DNA of 34,242 nucleotides from Clostridia bacterium (GTDB lineage Bacteria; Bacillota; Clostridia; Christensenellales; CAG-1252): NCBI GenBank assembly GCA_016296985.1, contig JAEDHM010000001.1, positions 1 to 34,242 of the forward strand, read 5' to 3'. Shown piece by piece: positions 25,373 to 34,242 of this stretch (position 1 is its first letter; each line of letters starts with the position of its first letter). The notes under the pieces were generated by a model. It saw only the letters and a program-made list of their open reading frames with translations, ran no database searches and was not told where the DNA came from. The position numbers and the translations under genes were made by a program.

Positions 25373-28300
25373 TTATTTCCTCTTAGTCGTCTTTTTGGGC
25401 ATAACCGCCGAAAAAACTACAATCGCTATAATCAACAGGAATATTGACAAACCGAATATTCCCACCAAAAGATATTTCGCAAAGAAAAGCATTCCGCCTT
25501 CATAATCGCCTACTGCATGCACACTGTAGGTGGAGAAATGGAAGATGGTGCTTTCTCCTGCCAAACCGCCGGTGTGATAGCTTCCGCCGGTCATGGCTTT
25601 TACCCTTATTTCCATAATGTAATCGGTTTCAGTTTCTAAAACCAAGGGTTCGCTATAAGTTTCCCAGTCGCATTCAAGCAAATCCTCTTCGCCGTATTCT
25701 GCAAGGGTAATCCTGTACTCGTAAAGGGCGTTTTCGGGAGGATTGATGATGGTAAAGGTTTTGCTACCTAAAGTATAGCTTTCCCTTTCCGTCATTTTGG
25801 GCGCTTCCCAAATTGTCCAAACTGATGAAAGTTCGGTATAATTGCCCAAGTCGTCAAAGTTGGTGGTACATTTTACAAGGATATTATAACTGTTACCCGA
25901 AGGCAAATCACTGAAGACGTATACCCCGGCAGATTCTCTCACCGCAGTATAAACGTTGCTTTCGCCGGTGGATTGTTTTGCGGTTACGGTATACGTGTAG
26001 GTAGTGCGTTTTGTTGTCGGAATTTCCGTAACTCTAACCGTCAAGGTATCCGTTCCCGTTGCCATATCGTCAATGGTAGCGGAAGGAGCGGAAAGAGGTG
26101 TGGTATAGCTGACGGGTGCTCTTTCCCTGCCTACCTCGTTTTGCTTGTTTACTTCTTTGTATCTTGCGGTAAGGAAATATCTTGTACCCGAAACAAGGCC
26201 TGTGATTTTGGGCTTTGTAGTCCAAACGTAATCCTTGTCGCCGTCTATCTTATAGCCGTATTCAATCACGAAGGGGGCTCCGATGCCCGAGCCGTTTAAC
26301 AAAATCGTTGTTTCGTCACAACCGTTTTTGTCAATGGTAAAGTTGAGGTCGTACATTTCCTCAGTCTTTCTTTCTACTACTTCAAACTCGGTCGTCTTTC
26401 CCTTGTGGTCTAAAATTTTGCTAGAGCCTAAGGTATAGTTGTCCGATCCCGTACCGCTTAAAGTAAAGGTGATTTTATATTTTCCTACCTTGCTATCCTT
26501 TTCACAACCATCGCTTTTGGGAGTTACGGTAATGCTTTCGCCTGCAACGAGGTTTGAAATTTCTATCTCGCCTTGGTCGCTTAAAATCATAGTATCGAAG
26601 AAGGTTTTTGTTCCGCAACCTTCATTGAAAGTAAAGGTTATATCAAGAGGTCTTGCAACGATAAGAGCCTTTATTGTAGCAACTTTTTCTCCTGTGGATT
26701 GATGGCAATAATCATCACCAACAAGGGTATATTTGATTACAAAAGTCGAGCCTTGACGGTTGTATTTCCCCTTGTTGTCCTTGATAGGATAACCGCTTAT
26801 ATCCTCTTCGCCCCAACTAACCTTTACGGAAAGGGAATTTTGAATATAGAAGGGAGCCTCGCTCAAAGGCTTTGTCTTGCCGTCGCTTGAATCCTTGTAA
26901 GTAAATATTTCAGTGATATCTTCTTGACCGTAAACAAACTTGTAGGTGTCTACGATCTTATCCAAAACCTTGCTACCATAAGCGGGGGCAACGGTGATTT
27001 TGCGAGGAGCAACGGTAAAGGGTACGTCCAAAAGGTTGTCTGACAAAATCTCGCCCTCTTCATTTACGCCTACAAGGTGATATAATCCCTTGTAGTTGCT
27101 ATTGTCCCAATAAAGAGGAAGGTTTTCGCCTGCACGTTTACCTTCAACGCTTTCTTTTACGTAAACTACGAATTCTTCTTTTTCGCCAAAGCCGTTGTCA
27201 AGTTTGACTGTCCAAGAGGTAGAAGTTTCGCCGTATTCTTGAGTAAACTGGGTATAATAATTTGAAAATACCAATCTTTTGGGGATTATGGTAACCTTAA
27301 AATCATCGTCAACGCCGACTACGGTATATTTGCCATAGTTTTCGTCTGTTTGATTATCCGCAAGAAGTAGTCTATAACTTTCTCCAACCGTCAATCTTCC
27401 GCTTTCGTCAACGGCGTAGCCCTCCTCAAGTTTAAACTGTACCAAAAGAGGATTTTCGCTTTCGTCAACCTTGATTGCAAGGGAAACGACTCCCTCGGTG
27501 GATTCGAATACTCCGTATTGAAGTTGCAAGGCGTTTTCTTGGGTAAAGACTGCATAGTCCTTGTATTCTTCGGGAGTGGTTTCAAGAGAAAATGCGATAT
27601 AAATTTGTTTGTTGACTACCGTGATAAAAGAATGGGGATCAAGTTCGTCAAATATGGGTTTTTGCAAATCGTAGTTTGCCTCTCCGCCCTCAATCGGTGT
27701 TCCATCGCTTTGCTTGACGGTAAATGATTTTACGAAAGCGGTATATTGGCGGTCAATTTCAAGTCCGCCTTCTTTATTAAAATCGGTATACGTAGGAGGA
27801 TTGCCAAAGGAATATTCCTTAGATTCCTCGGTAAAACCGTAAAGTACGCTTATGGTCTCGCCGTTTACACCTTCGATTTCTTCCCTTCTTGCCTCAAACA
27901 TACCGTCGTATCCCGTTTGGTCGTAGGGGAAGGAAAGGTCGATAGTTGAATAAATAGCTTTCAATCCTTGCGCGCTGACTTTACGAGGTACAACTTTCAA
28001 GCCCTTGATGTTGTCGTCAATGTTTATGACGTAATAATCGCTTTTGTCAACGTCGCCGTCCTTGACTAAGGTGCCTTCGCTTACGGAAATTGAATACTCG
28101 CCCACCTTTGCAAAAAGGTTACTGCCCTCGCAGGTGAAGTCAAGGGTTTGTAAGGTGTCGGTTTTATAACAAGTATATCCCTCGAGGGTGGTATAGTTTA
28201 TGGTAGAATAGGTTTCGCCATAAGTCTTTAACAAATATCCGTCCTCGCTGGAAACGCCCTCGCCTTCGGTAGAGATTGCCACCTTGATTTCACGAGGAAC

Positions 28301-29245
28301 GATGGTATAAGTGTCGGAGGTGTTGGGAGAAGAGGAAATTTCTACCCTCTTTCCGTTTACTTCAATAAAGGTTTGAATATAATCGCGAATATTGTATTCC
28401 TCGGGGAAGGCAGGGATATATCCATCTGCATCAAACAAAGGGTTTAAAGCATCCCTATTTTTGATTACGAGGGTATAAGCGCCCTTTGTATCATAAGAAA
28501 CTTCCATACCGCCCTTTACGGTAGCAGGGAAGGTCAACTCGCCAGAGGAATTGGGGATAGCGTGGTCGCCGATAAATCTATCGCCATAGGCCTTGCTTGT
28601 ATCTTTCAAGGTGGGAGCGTCGTAGTAATAACCTTGGTCAAGCAAAACGTTGGTGAAAGCGCAAAATTCCTTACCCGAAGGAAGGACTAATTCTACGGCG
28701 GAAAGGTCGGCTCCGCCTACGCTGTCGGTAAGGGTTGCGTTTACGGTAAGGGTTTTTATTCCCAAGTGGGAAGAGGTGGGAATTTTCCCCTCGAAATAGC
28801 CTTGAGGATCGTTATCGTTGATTGCAAACCAAATTTCTTTATAAACTCCACCAAGGGGGTTTGTAAAGTCAAGATTGATTTTGCCCTCAGCCCCGAATAC
28901 CGAAACTCCGTCCACCATAACGGACAGTTTGAGGTATTTATCCCCTGAAGAGGATTTTGAAAATTGGACGTTCCCCTCGGAATTTGCCACAGCCGTTCCT
29001 TTGAGGTATACGTAATTTCCTTCATAAACTATACTGTCGCCATCCTCTTTTCCAAAGATAAAGTTGCCTTGGGTAAAATAGTAATAGCCGTTGCTGGCTT
29101 GGGAATAAATCGCCGAGCCGTCACGAAGAAAACCGTCGTAAACCACCGAGGATTCTCCCATTGCAACGGTAAAGGTAGTTGCAGAGAGAAGAGCCACCAG
29201 CAAAATGAGTGACAAGGTAAGAATAGGTATTATAGCCTTACGCAT
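25373..29245 (-). CDS. Giant surface protein (1290 aa) with repeated Ig-like/MBG-type and Fn3-like modules and a C-terminal TM anchor
   Basis: Signal peptide MRKAIIPILTLSLILLVALLSATTFTVAMG. Recurrent module boundaries are IVPREIKV, VVPRKVSA, IIPKRLVF, VAPRKITV and IVARPLDI. The C-terminus has a hydrophobic helix followed by KKTTKRK. AGGAG lies upstream of the ATG at 29243-29245. Confidence 0.7.
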   Translation of the reverse strand: MRKAIIPILTLSLILLVALLSATTFTVAMGESSVVYDGFLRDGSAIYSQASNGYYYFTQGNFIFGKEDGDSIVYEGNYVYLKGTAVANSEGNVQFSKSSSGDKYLKLSVMVDGVSVFGAEGKINLDFTNPLGGVYKEIWFAINDNDPQGYFEGKIPTSSHLGIKTLTVNATLTDSVGGADLSAVELVLPSGKEFCAFTNVLLDQGYYYDAPTLKDTSKAYGDRFIGDHAIPNSSGELTFPATVKGGMEVSYDTKGAYTLVIKNRDALNPLFDADGYIPAFPEEYNIRDYIQTFIEVNGKRVEISSSPNTSDTYTIVPREIKVAISTEGEGVSSEDGYLLKTYGETYSTINYTTLEGYTCYKTDTLQTLDFTCEGSNLFAKVGEYSISVSEGTLVKDGDVDKSDYYVINIDDNIKGLKVVPRKVSAQGLKAIYSTIDLSFPYDQTGYDGMFEARREEIEGVNGETISVLYGFTEESKEYSFGNPPTYTDFNKEGGLEIDRQYTAFVKSFTVKQSDGTPIEGGEANYDLQKPIFDELDPHSFITVVNKQIYIAFSLETTPEEYKDYAVFTQENALQLQYGVFESTEGVVSLAIKVDESENPLLVQFKLEEGYAVDESGRLTVGESYRLLLADNQTDENYGKYTVVGVDDDFKVTIIPKRLVFSNYYTQFTQEYGETSTSWTVKLDNGFGEKEEFVVYVKESVEGKRAGENLPLYWDNSNYKGLYHLVGVNEEGEILSDNLLDVPFTVAPRKITVAPAYGSKVLDKIVDTYKFVYGQEDITEIFTYKDSSDGKTKPLSEAPFYIQNSLSVKVSWGEEDISGYPIKDNKGKYNRQGSTFVIKYTLVGDDYCHQSTGEKVATIKALIVARPLDITFTFNEGCGTKTFFDTMILSDQGEIEISNLVAGESITVTPKSDGCEKDSKVGKYKITFTLSGTGSDNYTLGSSKILDHKGKTTEFEVVERKTEEMYDLNFTIDKNGCDETTILLNGSGIGAPFVIEYGYKIDGDKDYVWTTKPKITGLVSGTRYFLTARYKEVNKQNEVGRERAPVSYTTPLSAPSATIDDMATGTDTLTVRVTEIPTTKRTTYTYTVTAKQSTGESNVYTAVRESAGVYVFSDLPSGNSYNILVKCTTNFDDLGNYTELSSVWTIWEAPKMTERESYTLGSKTFTIINPPENALYEYRITLAEYGEEDLLECDWETYSEPLVLETETDYIMEIRVKAMTGGSYHTGGLAGESTIFHFSTYSVHAVGDYEGGMLFFAKYLLVGIFGLSIFLLIIAIVVFSAVMPKKTTKRK

Positions 29246-29279
29246 AGACACACATCTCCTTATTACACGATTATTGAAT

Positions 29280-29309
29280 ATTGTACCACAAACCGTAGGT
29301 TTTTGGCAA
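29280..29309 (-). promoter_or_regulatory. Promoter of the giant surface-protein operon
   Basis: Minus strand reads TTGCCA (29304-29309), 18 nt, TGGTACAAT (hexamer 29280-29285). Confidence 0.45.
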
Positions 29310-29342
29310 TAGGCAATATGCTTTTCTCTTTCCTTATCCATA

Positions 29343-29371
29343 TTGACAGAGGGGGGCTTTTGTGATAAAAT
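29343..29371 (+). promoter_or_regulatory. Alpha-glucosidase promoter
   Basis: TTGACA (29343-29348), 17 nt, TGATAAAAT with the hexamer TAAAAT at 29366-29371. GGGAGG precedes the ATG at 29400. Confidence 0.5.
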
Positions 29372-29399
29372 TCAAACATAATTCCCTCGGGAGGTTTTT

Positions 29400-31100
29400 A
29401 TGGATTCGGTAAAAACACAATGGTACAAAAATGCAATAATCTATCAAATTTATCCTCGCAGTTTCAAGGATAGCAACGGCGACGGTATCGGTGATCTCAG
29501 GGGTATTATCGAAAAACTCGATTATATCAAAAGTTTGGGCGTAAACGCAGTTTGGCTTTCCCCTTGCTACAAATCCCCCAACGCCGACAACGGTTATGAC
29601 ATAAGCGATTATAGGGATATAATGGAAGATTTCGGTACAATGAAAGACTGGAAAGAAATGATTTCCGGTATGCACGAGCGCGGAATTCGTCTTATTATGG
29701 ACCTTGTCGTAAACCATACAAGTGACGAACACTATTGGTTTAAGGAAAGCAGAAAAAGTAAGGACAATCCCTACAGGGACTATTATATTTGGAGAAAGGG
29801 AAGGGGTAAAAACGGCAAAAAGCCCCCCAACAATTGGACTTCACGCTTTGGCGGTTCTGCTTGGAAATACGACAAAACCACCGGCGAGTGGTATATGCAC
29901 CTTTGGGCTGAAAAGCAACCCGACCTAAATTGGGATAATCCCAAGGTTAGGGAAGAAGTACAAAATCTTGTAAAGTTTTGGCTTGACTTGGGCGTTGACG
30001 GTTTCCGTTGCGACGTTATTACCTATATTTCCAAGGTTGTCAATCCTGACGGCACTATCCCTGACGGAAAATATCGCGTAGGTATCAGGGGGGACGAAAT
30101 GTTTACTCACGGTCCCCACATCCACGAATATCTCCACGAACTTTATGAAAAGGTTTTGTCAAAATACGATTGCATGACCGTTGGCGAAGCTGCAAACGTA
30201 ACCTTGAAAGAGGCTTTGCTTTATACCGGCGAGGGAAGAGAAGAACTTGACACCGTCTTTATGTTTGAACATATGGAAACGGATATGTTTATGCAGGTTA
30301 TCCCCAAAAAGTTTAACCTTAAAAAGTTTAAGGCCGTTCAAACAAGGTGGCAAGAAGGGCTTTTCGGAAAAGCTTGGAACAGTTTGTACTATGAAAACCA
30401 CGACCAAGTAAGAAGTTTAGGCCGTTTCACCGGCAAGGTGGGAGATAAGGGCAAAGAGGCTGCGAAGATGCTTGCCGTTTCCTATCAACTTTTGCAAGGT
30501 ACCCCCTACGTTTATCAAGGACAAGAACTTGGCATGCCCAACTACAAGTTTACCAAAATCGAGGAAATGCGCGATCAACTCGCCTTGAATATTTGGAACA
30601 TGGTCAAGTTTATCCCCTTTATGAAACCTATCTTCTTGAAAATTATGAACGGAAGAAGCAGGGATCAAGGAAGACTGCCCATGTGTTGGGATGCAAGCGA
30701 ATATGCAGGCTTTTCCACTGTCGAGCCTTGGTTGATGGTACATCCTATTCACACCGAAATCAACGTCGAGGCCGAGGAAAAGGATGAAGATTCCGTTTTG
30801 AATTTCTACCGTCAACTTATCGCTCTTCGCAAAGGCGTTTATGCAAACACCATCAAAAATGGTAGATATAAAGAGCATTATCCCAAAAGAAAGGATATCT
30901 ACGTTTTTGAAAGAAGCTTTAAGGGTGAAACCATACTTGTCATCTGCAACTTTAAAAACAAGGAAGCAAAATTCAAAGTCCCCGAAAGCATCTCCCCCGA
31001 AAATCATCAACTTATCCTTTCCAACTACAAGGGCGAAAGACCTCTTGCGGATATGACCTTAAAACCCTACGAGGCTCTCGTTTATTCAATCAAACAATAA
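29400..31100 (+). CDS. GH13 oligo-1,6-glucosidase / alpha-glucosidase
   Basis: 566 aa. Motifs WYKNAIIYQIYPRSFKDSNGDGIGD, DLVVNHTS, GVDGFRCDVI, TVGEA and YYENHDQ. Confidence 0.9.
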   Translation: MDSVKTQWYKNAIIYQIYPRSFKDSNGDGIGDLRGIIEKLDYIKSLGVNAVWLSPCYKSPNADNGYDISDYRDIMEDFGTMKDWKEMISGMHERGIRLIMDLVVNHTSDEHYWFKESRKSKDNPYRDYYIWRKGRGKNGKKPPNNWTSRFGGSAWKYDKTTGEWYMHLWAEKQPDLNWDNPKVREEVQNLVKFWLDLGVDGFRCDVITYISKVVNPDGTIPDGKYRVGIRGDEMFTHGPHIHEYLHELYEKVLSKYDCMTVGEAANVTLKEALLYTGEGREELDTVFMFEHMETDMFMQVIPKKFNLKKFKAVQTRWQEGLFGKAWNSLYYENHDQVRSLGRFTGKVGDKGKEAAKMLAVSYQLLQGTPYVYQGQELGMPNYKFTKIEEMRDQLALNIWNMVKFIPFMKPIFLKIMNGRSRDQGRLPMCWDASEYAGFSTVEPWLMVHPIHTEINVEAEEKDEDSVLNFYRQLIALRKGVYANTIKNGRYKEHYPKRKDIYVFERSFKGETILVICNFKNKEAKFKVPESISPENHQLILSNYKGERPLADMTLKPYEALVYSIKQ

Positions 31101-31110
31101 AAACAAGGTA

Positions 31111-31145
31111 AAAAAAAGGCTGGGATTTTCCCAGCCGTTTTTTTA
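31111..31145. terminator. Bidirectional terminator between convergent genes
   Basis: ggctggg-atttt-cccagcc (31118-31136), flanked by A8 upstream and T7 downstream. Confidence 0.75.
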
Positions 31146-34100
31146 TTAGTAAGGCAATATTAGATAGAATACCGTTTCGGCATTGTTTTTCATTATGGAA
31201 TAACTTCCGCTGATGCCAAGTTTCCCCATTGCGTTTTTGATATAGTTTTTCACGTTGGCATATCCCTTGTCGCAAGCAAATTCAATGGTTGAGATACCAA
31301 GGTTTTTGTAGTAGGCAATAACCTCTGCCAAAGAGTTGCTATCGGTGACGTACAAATCCACACCTTCAGTTAAGACGGTTTGGGTAAAATAGTCGTATTC
31401 CCCTTTCGCCAAGATTTCGATATCGTGTACGCCTTGAGAGTTTTGCTCTTGACGGCCTTCCTTAATCATATCCATATCGGTTACAAATAGATAAGCGTGG
31501 GAAATATAATTGCCGTTTCTTCCCCAAGTAGCGTCGCACAAATACCAATCGCCGTTGATAAACACCTTGTTCCAAGCGTGGGCTTCGTTGGCGTAACCGC
31601 TTACCTCGACACACTGTATACCCTCGATATGGCAAAGGAGTTTAAAGGCGCTTGCAATACCGTCGCAAACGGCAATTTCGTCTAGTAATGCGCCCTCAAG
31701 GGTGAAAGAGCGCATCTTTTTCAATGCAACGCCTAATTCATCGTATATATCTTGGATACTCGATTGATTTATGGCTTTTTCTACCACCTCGTAACCGGGA
31801 GCGGTTTGGAAGATAGTTTGCAAGATATATCCCTTTGCGTCGGCAAGGGTAGAAGCGCCCTCAACTTGACTTTGCAAATCGTTTAAAGTAGTTGCAAGGG
31901 AAGGATCATAGTTGTTGCCGGTGATATAAGCCCTTAGAGAGGTTTTTATCTCCGACAAAGAAGAAAGGTTGTAAATTGCAACTAAATCGCTGTAGAGGGG
32001 CGACAAAGGAGATAGAGCGTTGATTATCTTGTTTCTTGCATCGGTAAGGGAAAGACTTTGCGCAACCTCGTTTTGCAAATTTGCGATAGACAATGCGTAA
32101 TCGTCATAGGTAATGATGGATGCGAGGTAGTCGTAAATTATGGTTACCTTTTGGAAATCACTCATTGAGTCGTCCAAATATTTACGACAAATGGACAATG
32201 CCTTTTGATATACTGCCTTAGCTTGCAAACTTTCGGGAGAGGAATCGAAGGTGGGGGTTACGCCGTAAGCAAGCTCGTCAAGGGCAAACACACTGTTGAT
32301 AACCTGAGTTTTATCAAACTTTGTAATGGCAAACCCATTGAAGGATTCTGCCCTTTTGCCCGAAGTGAGCAAAACTCTTTCGTCGTGTAGCGTTTCTTTT
32401 TCCATACCGCTGACGTATTCAACTTTGGGCAAATCTTCGTAATAGATAGCAATTTCCATCAAATCACCGCCTGAGAGGGTGGAAAATCCCGAACGAACGG
32501 AGAAGGAATATACCAAATCTTCCATTGCCAAATTCAAAAGTTTTTGAGTTAGGTTTTGTTCAAGATACTCTTTTACCTCTCCACCGTAGGCAACCTTCAT
32601 TGATGCCCCGCCCTCATAACCACCAAAATCTTCGCTGTAAGGTGAGAAAATAAGATATTGATATGCCTTTCCCAACTCTTCCGGTGTGGTGATATAGTAG
32701 TCGTAAATTTCTCCGTTTACCTTAAAGGTATTGGACAAATAACTGTCGTCGCAGTTGGGTTTTGCAAAGCTTTCCGTTCTTTGTCCGCCACCATTTACGC
32801 AAACTACCTTCAAGGTGTGGGCAGAGTTTTTATCAAAGGTGGAAAGACTTTGGTCGGTATAATTTTCCAAAGCTTTTCCGTCAACGCTCACCTTATGGTC
32901 GCCACCGCAATCGCAAGTGAAGTTTATCTTTACCTCGGGATATGCGCGGTCATAGTCAAAGCGAAGATTTTCGGGAGCGCAACTTGAAGAGTATACCGAA
33001 ACGATAATGTAGTCGCATTCTCCACCTGCAATCAACATATACTCGTAATTACCCGTAGGTAAGGTGTTTAGATAGCTTGCTTTAATTTTAAGCGTGGAAG
33101 AATAAGTCCAGTCTTCACTGGTGATTTTGTTACCCAAAACTTTGGAAATAACGCCTTCCTTTTCAATTTGTAAATCACCGCTTTTCGCCTTGTCGAATTT
33201 GTATATAGAATCCTTGAGGGTTTTTGCGGTAATCATAACGTCTTTTGCAGGAATAGTGAAATAATATGGATTTTCCGTTGAAACCAAAGCGCCGTCGATA
33301 TACCAACCCTCGAAAATATAGCCTTCGTTGGGGATAAAGGATACGCTTAAGCTGTCGCCAAAGGTGTAAACGCCGTTGGGACTTCCGTTTACCCTTCCGC
33401 CTTGGTCCTCTCTATTGGAAACGGAGAAGTTATAACTGTTGATTTTCCAACAAGCGTAAAGGGTGATTTCACCATCAAGGGCGGTTTTTTCGTACTTTTC
33501 TGTACAATCTTGATCAAAGTACCAACCGTCAATACTGTATCCTTCCTTGCTGGCAGTAGGGAATTGGCTTAAAACACTATTTTTTTCAATCCAAACTTCA
33601 CTGAAAGACAAACTACCTTCAGAAATGGAAAAATGGATTTTAATACTATTTTCAAGGTCGATTACCTGCCATTTTGCGTATAAGGTAAAGTTTTTATAAC
33701 CTACGGTATCCAAATCTAGGGCTTTTGTCAAAGCAGAATCGGTGTACCAACCCAAAAATTGATTGGCGGTATCATGCCAAGTAGGAGTAATTTCCTCCAA
33801 AACTTCGGAAAGTGGCTTTTCCACCGAATAAACGCTGTCAGCAATGCTATCGCCCCCTTTCATATCAAAATTTACGGTATATAAGGTTGCCGTCCATTTT
33901 GCATACAAGGTGGTATCCTCGCTTAGGGCGTCACCTTTATACTGATTTTTGCATTGAATATCCTTAAACCAACCGCCAAAATCGTAATGGTCTTTTTCAG
34001 GAGTAGGCAAAGAGGTAGCCTTCTCCCCTGCTTTAATTTTTAAAGGAGCAAAACTGCCACCGCCCCTTGCATCAAAGGTGACGGTTATTTCGGGAGTTTC

Positions 34101-34214
34101 TTCTTTCCCTCCCAATATTTTATCAAAAATATTTGTAATAAAATCACAACCGCACAAAGTGGTAGTGAGAAGTATGATTAACAAAATTGTAATTGGAAAA
34201 ATAAGGCGTTTCAT
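31146..34214 (-). CDS. Lipoprotein with N-terminal Listeria-Bacteroides repeats and a C-terminal transglutaminase-like cysteine protease core
   Basis: Lipobox LLTTTLCGCD. Repeat endings are FGGWFKD...LYAKW, FLGWYTD...LYAKW, IDGWYFD...LYACW and FEGWYID. The Cys-His-Asp core is AVCDGIASAF...EAHAWNKV...WYLCDATW (about 31530-31670). GGAGGG precedes the ATG at 34212-34214. Confidence 0.75.
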   Translation of the reverse strand: MKRLIFPITILLIILLTTTLCGCDFITNIFDKILGGKEETPEITVTFDARGGGSFAPLKIKAGEKATSLPTPEKDHYDFGGWFKDIQCKNQYKGDALSEDTTLYAKWTATLYTVNFDMKGGDSIADSVYSVEKPLSEVLEEITPTWHDTANQFLGWYTDSALTKALDLDTVGYKNFTLYAKWQVIDLENSIKIHFSISEGSLSFSEVWIEKNSVLSQFPTASKEGYSIDGWYFDQDCTEKYEKTALDGEITLYACWKINSYNFSVSNREDQGGRVNGSPNGVYTFGDSLSVSFIPNEGYIFEGWYIDGALVSTENPYYFTIPAKDVMITAKTLKDSIYKFDKAKSGDLQIEKEGVISKVLGNKITSEDWTYSSTLKIKASYLNTLPTGNYEYMLIAGGECDYIIVSVYSSSCAPENLRFDYDRAYPEVKINFTCDCGGDHKVSVDGKALENYTDQSLSTFDKNSAHTLKVVCVNGGGQRTESFAKPNCDDSYLSNTFKVNGEIYDYYITTPEELGKAYQYLIFSPYSEDFGGYEGGASMKVAYGGEVKEYLEQNLTQKLLNLAMEDLVYSFSVRSGFSTLSGGDLMEIAIYYEDLPKVEYVSGMEKETLHDERVLLTSGKRAESFNGFAITKFDKTQVINSVFALDELAYGVTPTFDSSPESLQAKAVYQKALSICRKYLDDSMSDFQKVTIIYDYLASIITYDDYALSIANLQNEVAQSLSLTDARNKIINALSPLSPLYSDLVAIYNLSSLSEIKTSLRAYITGNNYDPSLATTLNDLQSQVEGASTLADAKGYILQTIFQTAPGYEVVEKAINQSSIQDIYDELGVALKKMRSFTLEGALLDEIAVCDGIASAFKLLCHIEGIQCVEVSGYANEAHAWNKVFINGDWYLCDATWGRNGNYISHAYLFVTDMDMIKEGRQEQNSQGVHDIEILAKGEYDYFTQTVLTEGVDLYVTDSNSLAEVIAYYKNLGISTIEFACDKGYANVKNYIKNAMGKLGISGSYSIMKNNAETVFYLILPY

Positions 34215-34242
34215 GGATTTTCCCTCCATTTTTTATTTTACT

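Noticed and set aside
7583-29288. Shared TGGTACAAT at the fdx, PLC-like and giant-surface-protein promoters as additional XRE (TGTACA) operators
   Set aside because: The 9-mer is adequately explained as an extended -10 element. It contains only GTACA, with no second half-site at palindromic spacing. That is not enough to claim regulator binding.
29334-29732. 132-aa minus-strand ORF overlapping the 5' end of the alpha-glucosidase gene
   Set aside because: It overlaps a strongly supported GH13 CDS and its promoter. It has no ribosome-binding site or recognisable motif.
2596-34229. Long N-terminal extensions in the ORF track for the PHP gene, greA, rpsF, the alkaline phosphatase, the MACPF N-terminal ORF, the PLC-like gene, the giant surface protein and the 1027-aa ORF
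   Set aside because: In each case an internal ATG is preceded by a Shine-Dalgarno sequence or a leaderless -10. That ATG begins the conserved N-terminus or the signal peptide. The extensions overlap promoters or neighbouring genes.

Overview
This is a chromosomal segment from a Gram-positive-type genome. Gene order (holB-yaaT/ricT, greA-lysS, rpsF-ssb-rpsR) points to Bacillota, probably Clostridia-like, but I cannot assign taxonomy from the sequence alone. About two thirds is housekeeping. On the minus strand: a two-component system, a PHP phosphoesterase, rmuC, cca, tilS, a small ferredoxin missing from the ORF track, ricT, holB, dut, lysS and greA. On the plus strand: rpsF-ssb-rpsR, a lipoprotein alkaline phosphatase, an isomerase-like gene and a GH13 alpha-glucosidase. 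The rest is cell-envelope or accessory genes.

The most interesting locus is 19.0-23.5 kb. It holds an AT-rich lipoprotein gene encoding two Fn3-like repeats, a MACPF/perforin domain (signature YGTHAVLAAYFGG) and a GLUG-repeat C-terminus. The gene is split by a 1-nt frameshift inside the MACPF domain. It sits divergent to a small XRE regulator, with TGTACA palindromes in the shared promoter region. The module is bracketed by two identical 37-nt palindromic terminator elements and lies next to a membrane-anchored, Ca-dependent PI-PLC-like gene.

Other notable points:
- The histidine kinase is interrupted by one in-frame TAG, although TAG is a normal stop elsewhere in the window.
- A duplicated ~150-nt non-coding element, plus an inverted partial copy, lies 3' of the response regulator.
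- Five genes have a -10 hexamer exactly 6 nt from the start codon, which suggests leaderless transcripts.
- An acidic protein contains an 18-nt tandem repeat.
- A small protein is built from five 16-aa repeats.
- There are two very large surface proteins.

I found no rRNA, tRNA, CRISPR array, integrase or transposase.
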